Positions 16,142-20,000 of a stretch of 20,000 bases of DNA are shown here, one piece after another. The DNA comes from an uncultured Gemmatimonadota bacterium (GTDB taxonomy: Bacteria; Blakebacterota; Blakebacteria; Blakebacterales; Blakebacteraceae), in NCBI GenBank assembly GCA_964576115.1, contig CAZNUA010000014.1:51299-71298 (forward strand). The letters run 5' to 3'. Made by a program: the position numbers and the translations under genes. Within the stretch, counting starts at the first letter, position 1. Each line of letters begins with the position of its first letter. Below the pieces are notes generated by a model. That model searched no databases and was not told the DNA's origin. It was given only the letters and a program-made list of their open reading frames with translations.

Positions 16142-17281
16142 TTGATCGTGAGTCTCTACAAACGTGGCGAGACCTGGTGTTATGACGTGAAGGTCGGCCG
16201 CAGGAGAGAACGCAGGGCCGTGGGATCCGACAAAGCCGAAGCAAAACGGCAGGAGAAGGAGGCCCGGGCCCGGCTGATCCTCCAGGTCGAGGGTGTGAAG
16301 GAGGCCCCGCTCTTCCGGGACTTTGTCATGGTTCCGGAGAAAGTGGATCCGGCCGAGCATGTTCTGCCTACCACGTACCTCGACGGATACGCGAAGCAAC
16401 ATAAGCGATCCTGGCCGCGTGACCTGTCGATGATCCGGAACCATCTTCTCCCCTTCTTCGGGGATATGCTCATGGACCGGATCACGGTCGGTGACGCGAA
16501 CGCCTACATAGCACTGCGTCAGCGGGAAGGTGCCGCGCCGGCAACGGTGCAGCTGGAGATCAACCTGCTCAAGGCGATCTATCGGTACGCCATGCAGCTG
16601 GAATACGTGGACCGGTCCCCGGTTCACAGAAAGAAGCTGGCAACGCGGCCGATCAACAATCGCCGGGAGCGGTATCTGAGCAATGATGAATTCCGGCGCA
16701 TCTATGAACAGGCCGCAGAGCACCTGAAACCGATCCTGCTGGTAGCCGTGCAGACCGGCATGCGCAAGGGAGAGCTCCTGAGCCTCACGTGGGAGGACCT
16801 GGACTTCGGTCAGAACCGGATTCATGTACGCGAATCCAAGAACGGCCGATCCCGGAAGATCCCCATGAGTCCCGAGGTCCGGGAGACGCTACTGGTACTG
16901 CAGAACCTCCAGTGGCATCCCGAACGCGTATTCGCCCGAAGAGACGGCCGGGCAGTGGATTGTTATAAGACTGCTTGGTACGCCGCTCTCGATCGGGCGA
17001 AGTTCAAAAAGGGTGACGTACGGTTCCATGACGTTCGTCACACCTTCGCGACTCACGCCGCCCAGGCGGGAGCCCCGCCGGAAGTCCTCAAGGAACTCCT
17101 GGGGCACTCGACGCTGGCAATGGTCCTTCGATACGCCCACATGACAGATGATCGCATGGAAAAGGCGGTTGAGGGAGCAGCCGGACGGCTGAGTCTGGAC
17201 AAGATCACTCCCCTGCCCTACGAAATCAGGGACACATCCGGGACACATATGGACTCGCAGCGGAGGGTGTCTTCGCTGTAA
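16142..17281 (+). CDS. int: Tyrosine recombinase/integrase
   Basis: TGMRKGEL (R), SKNG (K), FHDVRH (HxxR), LLGHS (H), RYAH (Y). N-terminal arm-binding-like segment. AAGGAGGT RBS. Confidence 0.95.
   Translation: MIVSLYKRGETWCYDVKVGRRRERRAVGSDKAEAKRQEKEARARLILQVEGVKEAPLFRDFVMVPEKVDPAEHVLPTTYLDGYAKQHKRSWPRDLSMIRNHLLPFFGDMLMDRITVGDANAYIALRQREGAAPATVQLEINLLKAIYRYAMQLEYVDRSPVHRKKLATRPINNRRERYLSNDEFRRIYEQAAEHLKPILLVAVQTGMRKGELLSLTWEDLDFGQNRIHVRESKNGRSRKIPMSPEVRETLLVLQNLQWHPERVFARRDGRAVDCYKTAWYAALDRAKFKKGDVRFHDVRHTFATHAAQAGAPPEVLKELLGHSTLAMVLRYAHMTDDRMEKAVEGAAGRLSLDKITPLPYEIRDTSGTHMDSQRRVSSL
17229..17250 (+). repeat. Tandem integrase arm-type sites, right (inside the int 3' end)
   Basis: GGGACACATCC-GGGACACATAT matches 5646-5667. 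Confidence 0.7.
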
Positions 17282-17291
17282 GTTATTGATA
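17279..17291. promoter_or_regulatory. IHF consensus site between arm sites and att core
   Basis: TAAGTTATTGATA is a perfect match to YAANNNNTTGATW. Confidence 0.6.
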
Positions 17292-17301
17292 CAGCTTATG
17301 T

Positions 17302-17388
17302 GCCGGGGTGGCGGAACTGGTAGACGCCGGGGACTTAAAATCCCCTGCCCTCTCGGGCGTGCGGGTTCGACTCCCGCCCCCGGCACCA
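17302..17388 (+). tRNA. tRNA-Leu(UAA), intact, containing attR (17300-17342)
   Basis: Acceptor GCCGGGG/CCCCGGC, anticodon arm GGGGA-CTTAAAA-TCCCC, long variable arm GCCC-TCTC-GGGC, GGTTCGA T-loop, encoded CCA. Confidence 0.96.
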
Positions 17389-17581
17389 ATGTTTATGTGG
17401 GTTTGCGACCAATCGGTATTCTGTGATCTCAAGGTAATTCTATCCTTTGCGCCCTGATAAGTGCCGCCGGCTTCAAATACGGGAATCAAGGATGCTACCC
17501 GGGATCCAATCCGCTGCCATAACGAGAGTCGGGATGTATCAAGTATCTGGGAGCCAGGCCTTCGATCACCGGTTCCAATCC

Positions 17582-19951
17582 TCAATCCACGTTGAGGGCC
17601 CGGGACGGATCCACTCGGGCTGCCCGCAGAGCTGGGACCAGACTGGCGAGGCCTGTTGCCCCCAAGAGGCTCAGAGTCATCACCGTCAAGGTGATAGGAT
17701 CAGTGGAACTGACCCCGAACAGGATACCCTCGAAGAGCCGGGTCAGGACCAGGGCGCCCGCCAGCCCCCCCACCATACCCAGACCCGCCAGCAGAAAGCT
17801 CCTCCTCAACACCAACCGGTGAATCCGGGCGCTGTCGGCACCAAGAGCTATACGAAGACCCAGCTCCCTTGTCCGCTGGGAAACATCATACGTCACAACC
17901 CCGTAGAGTCCCACAGCCGCCAGGAGTAACGCTACTCCCGCGAAGAGGGAGAGAAGCATGGCGACGAACCGCTCCTGGCCGAGAGCGCCGGACACCAAGG
18001 ATTCCATGGTTGTAGGTTGAGCCAAGGCGAGCTGGTCGTCCATCTCCCCAAGTTCCCGCCGCATCGCGGGCACCAGAGCCTGGGGGTCTTCCATGGAAGT
18101 GCGAGCCGTAATGAATAGAACCTGGCCCGGCGCCTGGGCATAGGGGAAGTACGTGGCCACAGGACACTCTCCCCTGATCCCGAAGTTTTTCACATTCTTC
18201 ACAACTCCCACGATCTCTCGCCATCGTGGGTTTTCCGGATCGTTAAAATTGAGACGTTTCCCAACTGCGCTCTCACCCGGAAAGAACCGATTGGCCAGGG
18301 TCTCGTTGACCATGACGACCCGCGCTGCATCATCCCAGCCGTCGGCAGCGGAAAAACTCCTCCCTTCCAGGATGGGAATTTTCATTGTGCTGAGATAACC
18401 GGGAGATATCCGTCGGATCCAGGAGATATTCTCCTGTCCAGGCGGAGGGTCAGCCCGTCCCTCGACCTGGAAATCTACATCTGCATTCGCTCCCGAAAGG
18501 GGAAGGGTGCTGACCACGCCTACCGATTCCACTCCCGGTAGAGAGACCAACCTGGTCTCCAGTTCATTCACGAAAGCGTTCCGTTCCCCGGCCTCAGGAT
18601 ATTGGTCTTCGTTGAGAGTCACTAAGGCAGCCACTACACCACGGGAATCGTACCCCAAATCCACACGGGTAAGCTCCCGGAAGGTCCTCAGGAGGAGGCC
18701 GGCCCCCACCAGGAGTACCAGCGCTGCTCCCATTTGTACCACCACCATGGCGGCCCTGACTCTGAACCCTCCTCCACTCTGAGTTGTCCGGGTTCCGTGG
18801 GCCAGGTCGCTCCGAAGATCTACTGCTGAGGAGCGGAGGGCGGGTAACAGTCCGAAGAGAGTCCCGGATCCCAGGGTGGCCGCAATCGCGAAAGACAGAA
18901 TGCGGCCGTCCACCGTTACTGAAGCCAACCGCGGTGTCCCCGCCGGGGCCAGTGCCAGAAGCAGATCGGTCCCCGCATACGCGAGGAGGATGCCCATCCC
19001 CCCGCCCAGGACGGCAAGAATCAGGCTCTCCGTCATCAGTTGTCCAACCAGGCGTCCCCGTCCCGCTCCGAGCGCTGATCGCAGAGCTATCTCGCCGGTT
19101 CTCGTGGTCCCCCGAGCCAGCAGGAGGTTGGCCAGGTTGAGACAAACCAGGAGAAGAATGAATCCCACCGCGCCCAGAAGGACCCACAACCCGGTCTTCT
19201 GGGCCTGCACCATATTCTCCTTGAGTGGGATTAGACTGTAGGTCACGCCGGTATTGTCAGCCGGATAGGCTTCCTGGAGCCGTGTGCCCAACTCCAGAAT
19301 CCTCTCCCTCCCGATCTCGAATGACACCTGCTCCCCGAGACGCCCCAGAGTCCGGAAGAGGGCGCTTCCCCGGCTACCGAGCTGGGGGGTGCCCGCCACC
19401 TGGAGGGGTCTCCACAGATCCTGCTGGGAATTATCGGCGGAGAACGCGCCACCCAGGACCGGAGCAACAAAACCCGGGCCCATAACCCCAATGATCTCGT
19501 GGCTCTCCCCGTTCAGGATCATGGTTCGTCCCACTACCGCCGGATCTCCACCATAGAGACGCTGCCATAGACCGTAGCCGATAAGGACCACCCTCGGAGC
19601 CCCGTTCCCTTCGTCCTCCAAGAGGAATCCCCTGCCCAGGACGGGCTCGACCCTCAGGACCTCAGAGAGCGTTCCCCGGGTGACTTGGAGTCCCTGGATG
19701 GTCTGCGCGGGTCCATTCCCGGTAAGGGTGGCCTGCCACTCCAGGTAGGCTCCGAGCTCCTTGAAGACACCCGACTCCCGGGCATCCTCGTAATTGGGGA
19801 AGGAGAGCCACTCCTGGGTCGGACCACCCCGCTCAGACAGGTCTGCCCAGACCGTTACCAGCTTCCCGGGTTCATCGAAGGGCAAAGGCCTCAGGAGGAT
19901 CCCGTCCACAAGGCTGTAGATGGCTGTACTGGCACCAATGCCCAGGGCTAG
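17582..19951 (-). CDS. Duplicated MacB/FtsX ABC permease (ADOP-like), N-terminus missing or disrupted
   Basis: LALGIGASTAIYSLVDGILLRPLP, NLANLLLARG, EIALRSALGAGRGRL, GLYGVV...RELGLRIALGA, RAARVDP. Family similarity stops at about 19951. Confidence 0.85.
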   Translation of the reverse strand, partial: LALGIGASTAIYSLVDGILLRPLPFDEPGKLVTVWADLSERGGPTQEWLSFPNYEDARESGVFKELGAYLEWQATLTGNGPAQTIQGLQVTRGTLSEVLRVEPVLGRGFLLEDEGNGAPRVVLIGYGLWQRLYGGDPAVVGRTMILNGESHEIIGVMGPGFVAPVLGGAFSADNSQQDLWRPLQVAGTPQLGSRGSALFRTLGRLGEQVSFEIGRERILELGTRLQEAYPADNTGVTYSLIPLKENMVQAQKTGLWVLLGAVGFILLLVCLNLANLLLARGTTRTGEIALRSALGAGRGRLVGQLMTESLILAVLGGGMGILLAYAGTDLLLALAPAGTPRLASVTVDGRILSFAIAATLGSGTLFGLLPALRSSAVDLRSDLAHGTRTTQSGGGFRVRAAMVVVQMGAALVLLVGAGLLLRTFRELTRVDLGYDSRGVVAALVTLNEDQYPEAGERNAFVNELETRLVSLPGVESVGVVSTLPLSGANADVDFQVEGRADPPPGQENISWIRRISPGYLSTMKIPILEGRSFSAADGWDDAARVVMVNETLANRFFPGESAVGKRLNFNDPENPRWREIVGVVKNVKNFGIRGECPVATYFPYAQAPGQVLFITARTSMEDPQALVPAMRRELGEMDDQLALAQPTTMESLVSGALGQERFVAMLLSLFAGVALLLAAVGLYGVVTYDVSQRTRELGLRIALGADSARIHRLVLRRSFLLAGLGMVGGLAGALVLTRLFEGILFGVSSTDPITLTVMTLSLLGATGLASLVPALRAARVDPSRALNVD

Positions 19952-20000
19952 CCTCGATTTCCACGGTGCGGGGTTCTGATAACACGGGGCTGAAGCCTGG

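Larger units (their letters stand above)
5483..17342. mobile_element. Integrated phage-satellite-like element (predicted excised circle 11,817 bp)
   Basis: Bounded by the tRNA-derived direct repeat. Contains integrase, Xis-like, helicase and terminase genes, AT-rich cargo, and arm-type repeats at both ends. Confidence 0.9.

Noticed and set aside
5483-17342. Complete prophage or ICE
   Set aside because: No structural, lysis, relaxase or conjugation genes are visible within the att boundaries.
16889-17585. Minus-strand ORFs including MVPGAGVEPARP...
   Set aside because: Antisense shadows of the tRNA and integrase.

Overview
GC-rich bacterial chromosome segment with an ~11.8 kb integrated element (5483-17342) in a tRNA-Leu(UAA) gene. 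The host flanks carry an Omp85-family OMP, a beta-propeller lipoprotein, hpt, ade and a small nucleotidyltransferase on the left, and a 5'-disrupted duplicated MacB/FtsX (ADOP-like) permease on the right. The element looks like a phage satellite. It encodes a tyrosine integrase, an Xis/AlpA-like HTH, an Hjc-like nuclease, an AAA_25-like helicase with internal ori-like repeats and an SSB-like DDDDLPF tail, and a probable TerS plus a clear TerL, but no recognisable portal, capsid or tail. Its AT-rich cargo includes an ABC-type ATPase + PIN pair. Three things are unusual. (1) The element duplicates the 5' half of the tRNA, so the intact tRNA lies behind the integrase. (2) The 60 nt upstream of both tRNA copies are similar without gaps. 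(3) Three related intergenic elements share an interleaved A-B-A'-B' pairing layout and sequence boxes. All family calls come from motif recognition by eye; no searches were run.
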